DNA of 64,000 nt from an uncultured Gemmatimonadaceae bacterium (GTDB lineage: Bacteria; Gemmatimonadota; Gemmatimonadetes; Gemmatimonadales; Gemmatimonadaceae). This document shows, one piece after another, positions 31,934-43,588 of this stretch. The DNA lies in contig CAWHHI010000006.1 of NCBI GenBank assembly GCA_963829055.1, forward strand, positions 448,001 through 512,000, given 5' to 3'. Position 1 is the stretch's first letter. The number at the start of each line of letters is the position of its first letter. Both the position numbers and the translations under genes were made by a program. Under the pieces are notes generated by a model that saw only the letters and a list, made by a program, of their open reading frames with translations, was not told where the DNA came from and searched no databases.

Positions 31934-33904
31934 TCACCAGCCGATCCCGTAGTCCTCTCCGTGGTTGCTCGAGCCGCCCCACATCGTACGGTGCTTTCGA
32001 TCGAACATGATCGCGTTGATCGGGCCTGACGTCCGCTCCGCGACGTCCAGCTTGTAGCCCATCTGCCGAAGTGCCTGACGAGTCTCCTCTGGCAGCGACG
32101 ACGCGATCGTCATGTGGCCGGGCTTCATCTCGTGCGCGCCGAATGACGAGCGCATCTGGAAGCTGTTGATGTTTGGGGCTTCCACCGCCTGCTGCGGCGT
32201 CATGCCGAACTCCACGACGTTCAGGAAGAACTGCAACAGGTTCTGATCCTGCGAGTCGCCACCCTGGACCGCGAACGCGAGGAACGGCTCGCCGTCCTTG
32301 AGCGCGAGCGTTGGGGTCAGTGTCACACGTGGGTGCTTGCCCGGCTCGATGACGTTGAACGGACCGTCCTTCGCGTCGGTGACAAAACTCTGCGCCCGCT
32401 GACTGAGGCCGATGCCCGTGCGCCCAGCGATCACCGCCGGCACCCACCCGCCACTCGGCGTGACGGACACGACCCATCCCTCTTCGTCCGCGGCTTCGAT
32501 CGACGTCGTTCCGCTGTAGAACGATTCCTTGAACGCCGAGTCCGCGTCCATTGACTTCTTTCGGTGCGTTAGGCACGACACGGCGGTCCTGGCCGCCGCT
32601 CGCGGGCTGCGAATCCGGCAATACGAAGTCACTGTTCTTCCAGTCCGCCAGCAGCGACGCGAACGGGTTCGTTCCGCCCTGGAACGGATACGGATCGCCC
32701 GGCTTCGCGTTAGGATCGTTCTTGGTCCAGTCGATGGTGGCGAATCGCGCCTTCGCGTACTCCTTCGACAGCAGACCCTTCACCGGCTCTTCGGGCGGGA
32801 AGTACGGATCGCCGTAGTAGAAGTCACGATCGGCGAACGCGAGGTTCATCGCCTGGTAGACGCTATGGATGTACTTCGGCGAGTTGTACTCCATGCTCTT
32901 CACATCCGTGTTCTCGAGGATGTTGAGCGCCTGGAGCATCGCCGGCCCCTGTTGCCACATGGGCAGCTTGTACACCTCGATGCCCTTGTACGACGTGTGC
33001 AGCGGCTCCTCGATGCGGACCTTCCAGTTCGCGAGGTCCTCCATCGTGAACAATCCGCCGTCTTCCTTCGTGCCGCGCACGATCTCCTGCGCGATGTCGC
33101 CCTTGTAGAACCGGTCGTACGCGGCGTAGATCGCCTGCTTTCTGCGTCTTGCCTGACGCGAGCGCTTGCTTCTCCGCCGCGACGAGCTTGCGGAACGTCG
33201 CCGCGAGGTCCTTCTGGACGAAGATCTCTCCCGGCTCCGGCGCTTCGCGTGTCTCGCCGGGATGGGTCAACATGATCGACGGCGCGTACTTCCACTGCTT
33301 GATCCACGACTTGTTGCGCTCGATGGTATTCGTGAGCTGCGCCTCGATCGGGTAGCCGTCGGCCATCTCGAATCGCCGGCGCCAGCACGTCCGCGACCGA
33401 CAGCTTGCCATACTCGGCCAGCATGGTCAGCAGACCGCCCATGGTGCCCGGCGTGACCGCGGCGAGCGGGCCGTATTCCGGCGGCTCCTTGTAGCCCTTG
33501 CTCTTGTAGTAGGCCGCCGTGGCGCCCGTCGGCGCGACGCCTAACGCGTTGATCCCGATGACCTTCTTCGTCTTCGGGTTGTAGATGAGCGCCTGGGTCT
33601 CACCGCCGCAGGACAGCGTGTCCCACATCGTGCAGCCGGCGGCGAGCATCGCGGCCGTGGCGTCGACGGCGTTCCCACCCTTCTGGAACATCATCGCGCC
33701 CGCGGTAGCCGAGAGCGGCTTCCCGGTGATCGCGAGCCAGTGCCTGGCGTGAAGCGGTGGCTTCTCGGTGGCGAAGCGCCGCGGGTCGGCGGCCTGCATC
33801 GGCTGGCCGGGCCTGGTCGTGCGGCCCTGGGAGTGGAGCGGAAGTGCGACGAGTGCCGCGAGCGCGACACCCGCCTCGATCACGGAACGCAGGCGAACCG
33901 ACAT
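31934..33904 (-). CDS. ggt: Gamma-glutamyltransferase family protein, frameshifted
   Basis: GGNAVDA, AVTPGT, AFADRDFYYGDP, GTTSIEAAD (Thr nucleophile), PGKHPRVTLTP. Confidence 0.88.
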
Positions 33905-33957
33905 GAGCGCCTCGGCGAGAGGGATGATAACGGATTATCGTCAGGGGAACGCCGTGG

Positions 33958-34031
33958 GGGAACGGGGAACAGGGAACGGGGAACAGGGAACGGCGAGCTG
34001 GTCGCTGGTCGCTCGTGCTGGTCGCTGGTCG
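33958..34031. repeat. Short tandem repeats (GGGAACR)x5 and (GCTGGTC)x~4-5
   Basis: Read directly from the sequence; abuts family B copy 2. Confidence 0.85.
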
Positions 34032-34036
34032 CGGCC

Positions 34037-34180
34037 GTCATTCCGAGCGAGGCGCGAAGCGCGGAGTCGGGGAGAATCGCGATCATACGGGTAGAGGGCC
34101 CTCTACCGGGACAGGCACGATTCCTCGACTCCGCCGCTTTGCGGCTCCGCTCGGAATGACATCCCTCCGCTCGGAATGAC
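34037..34180. repeat. Palindromic repeat family B, copy 2 (duplicated right end)
   Basis: GTCATTCCGAGCG..GGTAGAGGGCCCTCTACC..GATTCCTCGAC..CGCTCGGAATGAC x2. Confidence 0.9.
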
Positions 34181-34283
34181 GGCCGCCGCGGTCGGGGGTT
34201 CGTCGTTTATTCTTCGGGCTGGCCGTGCGCGCAGCGAGCGCGGCGGCTTTCACGGACGAACTCACGGACGAACCGAGCCGACC

Positions 34284-35919
34284 TTGCAGGACCTGACCAC
34301 CAGCACGAAGAACACGACCGACGAGACCGCGGCGACCGAGCTGGCCGCCAAGGTCCAGCGTCGCAGGACCTTCGCCATCATCAGTCACCCCGACGCCGGG
34401 AAGACGACGCTGACGGAGAAGCTCCTGCTGTATGGCGGCGCCATCCATCTCGCCGGCGCCGTCAAGGCGCGACGAGCGCAGCGTCACGCCGCCAGCGACT
34501 GGATGAAGCTCGAGCAGGAGCGCGGCATCTCGGTCACGTCCAGCGTCATGCAGTTCGAGTACGAGGGGTATCAGATCAACCTGCTCGACACGCCGGGCCA
34601 CGAAGACTTCTCCGAGGACACGTATCGGACGCTCGTCGCTGCGGACAGCGCGGTGATGCTGCTCGACAACCGACGCGGCGTGGAAGAGCGGACGCGTCAG
34701 CTGTTCGAGGTCTGCAAACGGCGGCGCACGCCGATCTTCACGTTCGTCAACAAGTGCGACCGCGCCGGCGAGGATCCGCTCAAGCTCATCAGCGACGTCG
34801 AAGCCGATCTCGGGATCGCCTGTCATCCCATCACGTGGCCGATCTACCGCGACGGCGTCTTCGTCGGCGTGTACGACCGGCGCGTGAGCGAGATCCACCT
34901 GTTCGAGCGCGACGAGACCCACGGGGCACGCGCCGCGGCGACACACGTCGGCTCGCTCGAGAGCCCGGAGATCAAGGCGCTCCTCGGCGATGCGGCGCAC
35001 GAGCAGCTCGTGCACGACATCGACCTGCTCGACGAGGCCGGCCATCCGTTCGAGCGAGGAGGAAGTGCTGGCCGAGCGCCTAACGCCGGTGTTCTTCGGC
35101 AGCGCGCTGACGAACTTCGGCGTCGAGCCGTTCCTGCGCGAGTTCCTCGAGCTGGCGCCGGCGCCGACGTCGCGCGAGTCGAGCATCGGGCCGATCGAGT
35201 CGACGCGGAAGGAGTTCACCGGATTCGTCTTCAAGATCCAGGCGAACATGGACCCGAAGCATCGCGACCGCATCGCGTTCGTGCGCGTGTGCTCGGGGAA
35301 ATTCGAGGCCGGGATGCAGGTGCGCCACATCCGCACGGGCAAGATGATCCGACTGGCATCGCCGCAGCAGTTCATGGCGCGCGAGCGCAACGCCATCGAG
35401 GAAGCGTGGCCGGGCGACGTGATCGGCGTGATGGACCGCGGCAACCTGCGCATCGGCGACACGCTGGCCGAGAGCAGCGATCTCGAGTTCGCCGACATTC
35501 CGCGCTTCGCGCCGGAGCACTTCGCGCGAGCGATTCCGGCTGACCCACTGCGGCGGAAGCAGTTCGACACCGGGCTCCGCGAGCTGACGGAGGAGGGCGC
35601 GGCGCAGGTGTTCTACATGGACAGCGAGGTCGGACCGACGCCGATCGTCGGCGCCGTCGGCATGCTGCAGTTCGACGTCATGCAGTATCGGCTGGAGCAC
35701 GAGTACGGCGCGCCGATTCGGTTCGAGCGCATTCCGTACCGCCATCCGCGCTGGGTGACGGGGCCCGAGCGCGAGATCGACCGTGTGGCGAGTGGGCGTG
35801 GGCGGATGCGGATCTACGACTCGAAGGGCAAGCCGCTGATCCTGTTCGACGACGAGTGGAACCTGCGGTGGGCGCTACAGAACGAGACGTCACTCACGTT
35901 CCACGATGTAGCGCCGTAG
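34284..35919 (+). CDS. prfC: Peptide chain release factor 3 (one frameshift near 35055)
   Basis: [61 protein letters not shown]. Confidence 0.96.
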
Positions 35920-35921
35920 CC

Positions 35922-36060
35922 GTCATTCCGAGCGGGTGTCATTCCGAGCGAAGCGAGGCAGCAGTCGATGGAATCGAGACTGTCGGGGTAGAGAGCCCTC
36001 TACCGGGATGATCAAGGATTCCTCGACTGCGCGCCTCGCGGCGCTCCGCTCGGAATGACA
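35922..36060. repeat. Palindromic repeat family B, copy 3 (duplicated left end)
   Basis: GTCATTCCGAGCG x2..GGTAGAGAGCCCTCTACC..GATTCCTCGAC..CGCTCGGAATGACA. Confidence 0.9.
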
Positions 36061-36063
36061 ACC

Positions 36064-36417
36064 TCAGCCCGTGATCGGGCCGGACTGAATCCCGCTCGCG
36101 GCGGCGCTTCGACGCACGGCCGCGAGCACCTGGATCAGGTACTTCTCCACCCACTCCGTCCCCTCGTACTCTGCCAGCGGCGTCGCGCGAACGCTGACGG
36201 AGCTCGGGCCTCGTGACTGGCCGGTGACCACGCCTAACGGGTCGCCGCCGTTGCGGACGTGTGTGTTGAGGGAGAGCAGGGCGTCCGGGTCGCTTGCCCA
36301 GACGAATTCGGTGCGGTCGTCGAAGCCGACGACGAGCGCGGCGCGATCATTGGTTGCGGCCGTTTCATGCAGCTCGGCGACGAGGTCAGCCGTCGTGCGG
36401 CGCACGTAGTGTGACAT
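36064..36417 (-). CDS. Hypothetical protein
   Basis: 117-aa ORF with RBS-like AGGAG upstream and typical codon usage. Confidence 0.6.
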   Translation of the reverse strand: MSHYVRRTTADLVAELHETAATNDRAALVVGFDDRTEFVWASDPDALLSLNTHVRNGGDPLGVVTGQSRGPSSVSVRATPLAEYEGTEWVEKYLIQVLAAVRRSAAASGIQSGPITG

Positions 36418-36802
36418 GGGCGACTCCTGTCCCAGGAGAGGTAAGGGGTACCACCAACCGAGCGGTCACCGGGCCGCGCTTGCCCTTACCGAACCATGTC
36501 TCCGGTGCCACGCCGGTGCGGGTCACCGCGGCGCTTGCCGCCGCGACACTATGGTAGTGCTCGTAGGCCGTGGATGAAAGGCTGATCCGTTCGTCTTCCG
36601 TCACAGGCGCGCAACATGTTGAGGCTACGCGAGTTGCCTCTAGCTCCACGCACGCTCGAACGGTCCTTCTGCGCGATGATGCGGAGTCACGCGGTCCTTG
36701 TGTGACGCCTCGAGTTCTCGGAGGGCGTCGAGGACTGCTTCAACACGCATCTCAGACGAAGGACGAAAACGGATTCGTCTGATCTGGCGGATTGATTCCG
36801 TG

Positions 36803-36952
36803 GTCATCCCGAGGAGCGCCGCAGGTTGTCATCGCGCGCAGCGACAGCGAGGGACCTTCTGCGAACGTCATCGTGGCCAGACCGGCCACGATGCCATCAC
36901 ACAAGATCCCTCGCTGCTGCTCGGGATGACAATCGCTGCCGCTCGGGATGAC
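36803..36952. repeat. Palindromic repeat family A, copy 5 (duplicated ends)
   Basis: GTCATCCCGAG..GCGAGGGACCTTCT..CATCGTGGCCAGACCGGCCACGATG..AGATCCCTCGC..CTCGGGATGAC x2. Confidence 0.88.
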
Positions 36953-37010
36953 ACGCTTTTCCCTCCGTCCGCCGTCCGCCCTCCGAAGGCCGCTTTCTAC
37001 CGAGCAGCTG

Positions 37011-39600
37011 TTAGAAGCGCAGTCCTGTTCCAAGCACCACCCGCTTTTCGGGCGAGCTTGTGAATACGAGGTTCACGCCGGTCGCGTGGTCGATGACGCC
37101 GAGCCACACGCCTCCGCCAGTGACCCCGTGCCAACCGCCCGGCGAATCTCCATCCACGTAGACGCGGCCTGCATCCGCGAAAGCGAGGATCCCTAAGTCG
37201 ATCGGGATCACGCGCCGGAGCGACACGACCGGAACGCGAAGCTCCGAGTTACCGTAGATCGACGCGTCGCCCGCATAACGCTGCGGCTTCACGCCGGTCA
37301 GCGTATCGCCGCCGCCGAGGAATGCGGCCTCGTGGAATGGAGCGTCGCCCCAGACCTTGCGTCCACCGCCGCGAAGCGCGAGCACCGGACGATGCGGAAG
37401 TGGCAACTGGAGAAAGGTCTCGGCGCTTCCGGAGAGCTGCGAGAACGCGCTCGTGACATCCCACACCGCCGGGAACGCGCTGCTGCTCATGTCCACCATG
37501 AACCCGCGCGTGGCTCCCCGGACCATGTCACGCGTATCGTAGCGCAAGCCGAGTCGAGCGCCGACCTGGCCGAAGTTGCCGGAGCCGTACGGCTGTTCCT
37601 GAGCCAGTAGCTGGTCGGGGGGTCCGCCGGTGGTGGAATACTGGATCACCGGTCCCAGCGTGACGTCGCTCTCGCGGTTGCCTAACGACAACGCGACTGC
37701 CGGCCGCAGCTGCCACTGGCGTTGCTCGGCATGGAAGAAGTCATCGGAACCGACATCCGGCTCGGACTTCGTATCGTTGCCAAAGCCGTAGAAGTTGGTG
37801 ATCTCGAATCCCGACACGCGCGCCGTCGTCGTGAAGTGAACGGGCGAGCTCTCGAGCCGGCTGTCGTGGAACAACGTCACGCGGAAGCGGTTGGATCCCG
37901 TCGCATACTCCGCGTCCAGGTTGATGAGCGTCGCGTATGGCTCGCGGCGGAATCCATTCCGGACCCACTGCGCGCTCACGCGCGGCACCAGTCCGAGCCC
38001 TCCGGCACCGAACCCGACACTCGGCGTAAACCTGGTGCCGATATTCGGACTTGGCGGCGCGAGCGTGCCGGTGTCGTTCTTCACCCACGGACGCCGGCTG
38101 AACAGTGTGTCGCGGCTCGAGTCCGGACCGTAGTACATGCCGGTCACGTGGCCGCGGTCGTAGAGTCGTGGTGAGGCGCGGCGTCCGACGCGCGACGAGT
38201 CCACCAGCTCGTTCGTTCCGTTTCCGCCGATGACGCGCACGCGGATCTTCGAGGCCACGTTGCCCCTAACGAGTGCCGAGTCGTCGCCGTCGTGCAGGTA
38301 GACCTGAACCTCTGATGTCTCGCGTGGGTCGAATCGGCGGTGGTAATACCGTGCGCCCGCGGCCTGTAGCTCCACGTCGACCAGCCCGCCGGTCTCGTAT
38401 GTCACCGTCGCCTGGTCCGCGGCGTCTGTGGCGTGCACCTCCACCGCATCGGCGAGCACCTTGTAGAACTCGTTGGCGATCGCCGGCAGGCCATCGCGCC
38501 GCTGCTTGAGCTTCGCGGCAAAGGATGGTGCCACCGACTGGTATTCGTGGGGCAGTAGTCCCACTGCCGAATCGATCACGGCGTCGGTGATGCGACGCGT
38601 GAGTGCGGTCGCGATCGAGTCCCAGACTGGTTTTTCGAGATCCGACAGGAAGCGGCGGTCGAGCTGGCGCGAATTGTCGGAGAGCACGCGAATGCTCTGA
38701 TACTTGCCCTCGAACTTGGAGAGGAACGGTACCCAGTGCGACGCGAGCCGCGCGAGCCGACCGTCATAGTGGTTGAACGCGTGATCGCGATCGCGGGGAA
38801 TGGCCACCCACCGGGCCGCCTTGCCGGAACCGAACCGCGCCCACTTCCAGTTGCCGTGATGGCGGTCGGTGTCGTCGAGCACGAAATCGGTGAGGCGTGC
38901 GGTCAGGAACGAGCGCGCATCCACGCGCTGGGTGGGGACGCTGTCGAGCAGCGGCAGCAGGTCCGAGGTGTCGATGATGTCCGACCCGCCACCGAACCCG
39001 GGTCCTTCGTCCGGCTTGTTCGGGAAGTCCTCGATCGTGCCAAGCCGATCGATGAAGTCCTCGCGAAACTTCCCCAGCGATGAGTCGTTAGGCATGACCG
39101 TGAACGCGGGGGTCGCGTGCAGCACGCCCGCGGCGTCCGCGATCGGGGCGGCGATGATGCCGGCCGCGGGGAACAGGCCGCTCACCTGGTCGCGAAAGAT
39201 CTTGGCGACCGCCGTTCCGCGAAGACGCTCCGGCGGCGTGGCGTTCGCCTTGTCGACCGGTCGGAACACGTACTCGGTGCCATCCCTGGCGCCGAGCCGG
39301 AGGTTCTTCGTCTGATTGCCGCCGCCTTCCTTGAGTGGCTTGAGTCCGCCCGCGTAGCGCGTCGAGGTCGAGGACGGGAACGCGGATCGGCGTCGTCCAG
39401 AGGTCGCGGTACGTGTTGCCGAGGAAGAAACGGGAGAATCCGCTCGCTTCGTAGCGTTTGCCGGCGGCGATCGTGACGCTATCGCGATTCACCACGCGGG
39501 GAGGTGCGGGCTGCGCGGTCTGCGCGCCCAGGACGACAGGCGCGGCGAGTGCCGCCGCGGCCAGGAGCCTAACGATTCGATGGGCGACACGCGCAGTCAT
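37011..39600 (-). CDS. Omp85/BamA-TamA family outer-membrane protein with N-terminal atypical kinase-like domain (one frameshift near 39360)
   Basis: Signal peptide; C-terminal barrel with YDTRD, RYAGD, GGGVW and terminal GLRF; N-terminal GGGNQT, DTDRHHGNW, PRDRDHAF. Confidence 0.8.
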
Positions 39601-39601
39601 G

Positions 39602-40523
39602 TCACGGCCAGCGGTAGAGCGTGATGGCGGCAGGCTGCCGTGCGGCCTCGTCGCCGATGATCAGGATGCTGTCCCTGGTGATCGCCACTGCTTCCGCCTG
39701 ATCGTGCTCTCCCTGCAACTCGCGCGCGAACACCACCTGGCCCGCAGGCGTGATCGAGAGGATCGCCTTCTCGAGTGACGAGATGATGCATGTAGTTCCC
39801 GGTGAGTGGGTCGAGCGTGATATCCGATGGGTGGAACTCGCCCTTCTTCGACTTCACCGCCTTGGGGATACTCGAGAGCGGGACCGCGAGCTCTGACAGG
39901 ACGTGCTCGCCCTTGGTTACCGGCCAGCGGTAGATCAGGACGTCGTCCTTGAATTCCTTCTTGTGTACGTGCTTGCACGCGAGCAGCAGCGACGTGATGG
40001 TCGAGTCGTACGCCAGTCCTTCGAACTCGCACTCCTTGCCGAGTTTCGTGTCGTGCGTCGTGTAGTCGACGCGCTCGCCGTTCTTGCCTTCATGGAACTC
40101 GTACAGCGATCCGTTGCTGTCGAGCAGGTAGAGGCGGTCGCCCGCCGACGCGATCGCCTCGAAGTCGCCCTTGACCGCCGGCTTGCCTAACGCGAACTCC
40201 TTGAGCACGACGCCTCGGCGATAGTCGATCTCGTAGATCTTCGCGTGCTCGTCGCCGTGGGCGAGCAGGCGTCCATCGGGAAGCAGCGCGAGGCCCGACA
40301 GCTCCGCGAGGTCGATCGGCATGATCCAGCGCGCGAGTGGCTTCGTCGCGTCCTTGCCGGCGGCCGCCCCCGAGTCGCGCTTCGCGAGCGACTGCTCCAG
40401 GCGCGCGGCACGTTGCGCGAGCGCACTGCTGTCGCCGCGTCCCTTCTTCGCGTCCGCCGGGCGACAGGCGCTCGCGGCGACACAGGCGAGCAGCGCGATG
40501 CTGGCCGTGGAGCGGGCTCTCAT
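39602..40523 (-). CDS. SdiA-regulated (YjiK-like) beta-propeller lipoprotein, frameshifted
   Basis: Lipobox ASAC; ELSGLA, DFEAIA, EFEGLAYD, FHPSDI, QAEAVAI. Confidence 0.75.
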
Positions 40524-41632
40524 CACCCCGCTCCGCTCTGGGCCGCTTCGGCTTCCCGCTCCATCGCCTCGCTCAGCTCGAGGTCCGCCGAGATGAGCTT
40601 GTCGCCGGCGGCCGTCCGGACCTCGGTCAGAAGCTCGTCGCTCGACATCGACTTGCGGATCTTTACCAGGTACGCGAGCTCGCACGGCTTGCCTTCCGCT
40701 GTCACGACCTCATCGAGCTTCCAGCGCTTCGCCTGTTTCTCCAACACGCCTTCGACTATGCCCTGCACGCCGCTCGGATCCTCGGTCGTCAACGACAGCA
40801 GCGCGTTGAAGCGCGGCTTCTTGCTGGTGCCGACGATCTGCCTAACGCGATCGAAACGTTCCGCGAGCGCTTCGACTTTCTGCGGCGTCAGCGCGAGCAC
40901 GAGGTCGCGGTCGTGGACGCCGCCGTTCCCGTTGCCGTTCCCGTTCTTCTCCGCGAGGAGCTGGAGCGGCTCGGCCCATGTCTGCGAAGACGCCGTCGGC
41001 GCGAGCGGGTTGCGACCGAACTCGTACCGCCAGATGAACAGCAGCACGAAGTTGAAGACGACCGACGAGACGGCGGCGACGGTGATCACCTGCACGCCGG
41101 CGGCGAAGCCGACGCCGATGGCCAGGAAGATGAACACCGTGTCGCGCGTGTCGCGGAGCGTCGTGCGAAAGCGAACCGCGGCGACGACACCGGCGAGGCT
41201 GAACGCGAGCGCGAGGCTGTTCTGAACGACGAGGACCACGCCGGCGACGACGATCGGCAGGATGATCAGCGTCTCGACGACGGTCTGGTTGTGCCGCTTC
41301 GTGCGCCGCGCGGACATGTACACCCACGTCACCGGCAGCATCAGGAACAGCGTCGCCAGGAGGCTCATCGCCGTGCTGATCGCCAGCTCGACATTCGATG
41401 GCAGGCGGCTCAGAGAGGTTGCGACCACGCCGTTGGCCAGGCCGTCCTGGAGGACGCCGGTCCCTCCCGTCAGCTCGTCGAGGCGCTTACCCGAGAACAG
41501 TTCGCCGACGATCGGAAAGAAATAGACGAGGGTGGCGAAGATGCCGCCGATGAGGAGGTAGTACGCGACGAGTCGCCGGGTTGGCCGGTCGGAGCCGAGC
41601 GCGATCGTATCGATGAGACCCTTGAAGGACAT
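40523..41632 (-). CDS. DUF4956 domain membrane protein
   Basis: VVQNSLALAFSLAGVVAAVRFRTTLRDTRDTVFIFLAIGVGFAAG. Confidence 0.88.
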   Translation of the reverse strand: MSFKGLIDTIALGSDRPTRRLVAYYLLIGGIFATLVYFFPIVGELFSGKRLDELTGGTGVLQDGLANGVVATSLSRLPSNVELAISTAMSLLATLFLMLPVTWVYMSARRTKRHNQTVVETLIILPIVVAGVVLVVQNSLALAFSLAGVVAAVRFRTTLRDTRDTVFIFLAIGVGFAAGVQVITVAAVSSVVFNFVLLFIWRYEFGRNPLAPTASSQTWAEPLQLLAEKNGNGNGNGGVHDRDLVLALTPQKVEALAERFDRVRQIVGTSKKPRFNALLSLTTEDPSGVQGIVEGVLEKQAKRWKLDEVVTAEGKPCELAYLVKIRKSMSSDELLTEVRTAAGDKLISADLELSEAMEREAEAAQSGAG

Positions 41633-41924
41633 GGATCCGCCTTGCACGTGAGCCCCGCGGTCCGGGGCTGACGCCTAACGCGATGCGGCCGTTCGGCGAA
41701 TCGCCCGCGGGGCGGATCGTGGCCCAATGGGCACACGATCGCGGCAGGCGGCCCGGACTGCAGGCGGGCGCGTCGTACGTCGGTCGGGTTGACCGAACGC
41801 GTGCGCTCCGACTCGACAATATGGCAAGCGGTAGGCCAAGCGGACGGAACCGCCTGGTGAGGCGCGTCACACCGAGTGGTCGACGGGCGCGACCGTTGTC
41901 GCCCGTCGAGCCGCCAGAACCGGC

Positions 41925-43418
41925 TCAGGGCACGGCCTTCGACGACCGCTTCTTCATCAGTGCTTCGATCTCCTCGATCTCGCGCGGCGCGTTGGCGCTG
42001 ATGCGCTCGAGTCCCTTCTCGGTGATGATGTAGTTGTCCTCGATGCGGACGCCGGTGTTCTGGTAGCGCGCGCACCGCGTCCTTCACCTTCGCCATGAAC
42101 GCGCGGTTCTTCGGCGTGTCGGGAAGCGCGTCGAGCATCGCCTGGCTGACGTAGATGCCGGGCTCGATCGTGAACGCGTCGCCTTCCTTGAACGTGCGGT
42201 CGCCGAAGTAGAACTGCGCCGGGTCGTGCACGGCGAGGCCGATGCCGTGCGCCGATGCCGTGGATCATCCAGAAGTAGCGTCTGGCTTGCACGCGCACGG
42301 GCACGGCCGCGCAGTTGACCTTCCACGGCGGATCGAACGTGCGCGTCCTCGCTCTCGACCAGGCCTAACGCGACGAGCCCCTTCGCGCGCACGTCGATCG
42401 ACGAGTCCTGCGCCGCCTGCGCCGACATCCCCGGCTTCGAGTTCCGCTCGGCCGCCGCCTGCGCGTCGCGCACGAGCTGGTAGATGGCGCGCTGCTCGGG
42501 CGTGAACGTGCCGCTCACGGGAATCGTGCGCGTGACGTCGGCGGCGTAGCCCTCGTACTGCGGTGGCCGCGTCCATGACGACGACGTCGCCGGGCTTGGC
42601 ACGGCGCCGCGGTCCTTCATGTAGTGGAGCTGCGTGCCGTTCGCGCCCGGCGCCGACGATGGAGCCGTACGCGGGACGCTCGCCGCCGAGTCGCGTGAAC
42701 GTGTACTCGACGACGGCCTGGATCTCGTACTCGTGCGCCGGCTCGGGCGCGAGCATCGCGGCGCGATGGCCTTCGGCGCTGATCTCGCCGGCCTTGCGCA
42801 GCAGCGCCATCTCGGCCGGCGACTTCTTCGCGCGGAGCTCGTCGACGATCGTCGTGCGCGTCCTTGACGGTCGAGCCCGGCGCGTGCTCGCCGCGAGCGC
42901 CTTCATGAACGACCGGCCGCGCGTGAGCGAATCCTGCTGCGGCGAAGTCGGCGTCGGCGAAGTCGGCGAGCGTGTAGAACGGGGCGTCGGGCTGCGCCGG
43001 CGAGCGAGTCGACGAACGCGGCGAGCGCGGCGAACGACGCGCGCCTTGACGCCAACGTGCGCACGACGGACGCGGAGTCGGGGCGGCGGCCGTAGTAGAA
43101 CGCCGTGCGCGGGTCGATCGGGCGTGAGGAAGAGCGTGCTCGTCGCGCGTGCCGCCCTTGCGCGACCATCACGAACGCGGCGTCGGGCTCGTCGAAGTTC
43201 GTGAGGTAGTGGAAGGCGGGAAGCTGATAGAACGGGCCGAAGTCGCTGACGGGCGTCTGTCCACCGAAGGCGACGACGACGCCGTCGCCGATCCGCGCGG
43301 CGAGCGAATCGCGGCGCGCGGCGTATTCGGCGGTCGGGATCTGTGACTGCAGGCTCGTCGCAGCGGTCGGGGCGAGCGCGACGCAGGCGACGAGAGCCAG
43401 GGTGTGTCGATTGAGCAT
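41925..43418 (-). CDS. Xaa-Pro aminopeptidase (M24) family protein, frameshifted
   Basis: YAARR, FHYLTNFDEPDA, LRAKKSPAE, GYAADVTRTIP, FTIEPGIY, VRIED. Confidence 0.88.
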
Positions 43419-43530
43419 GGTGGTTGGACCGGGTTGCCGACAATTCGGAGACGAGTTCAACAGGTATACGCGGTACCCTGAGTCTGAACGGACACGTACC
43501 TGGAGTGCAATACCGATAGACGGGTAGGTC

Positions 43531-43554
43531 GGGGTCAGACTCGAGTCTGACCCC
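43531..43554. repeat. Perfect 24-bp palindrome (REP-like) followed by duplicated GACCCCAATTAC
   Basis: GGGGTCAGACTCGAGTCTGACCCC. Confidence 0.85.
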
Positions 43555-43588
43555 AATTACGACCCCAATTACGGGGACGGAAACGAGC

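Noticed and set aside
36420..36800. Possible ncRNA or small gene in a 380-bp intergenic stretch
   Set aside because: No recognisable RNA motif, convincing ORF or strong structure seen by eye.
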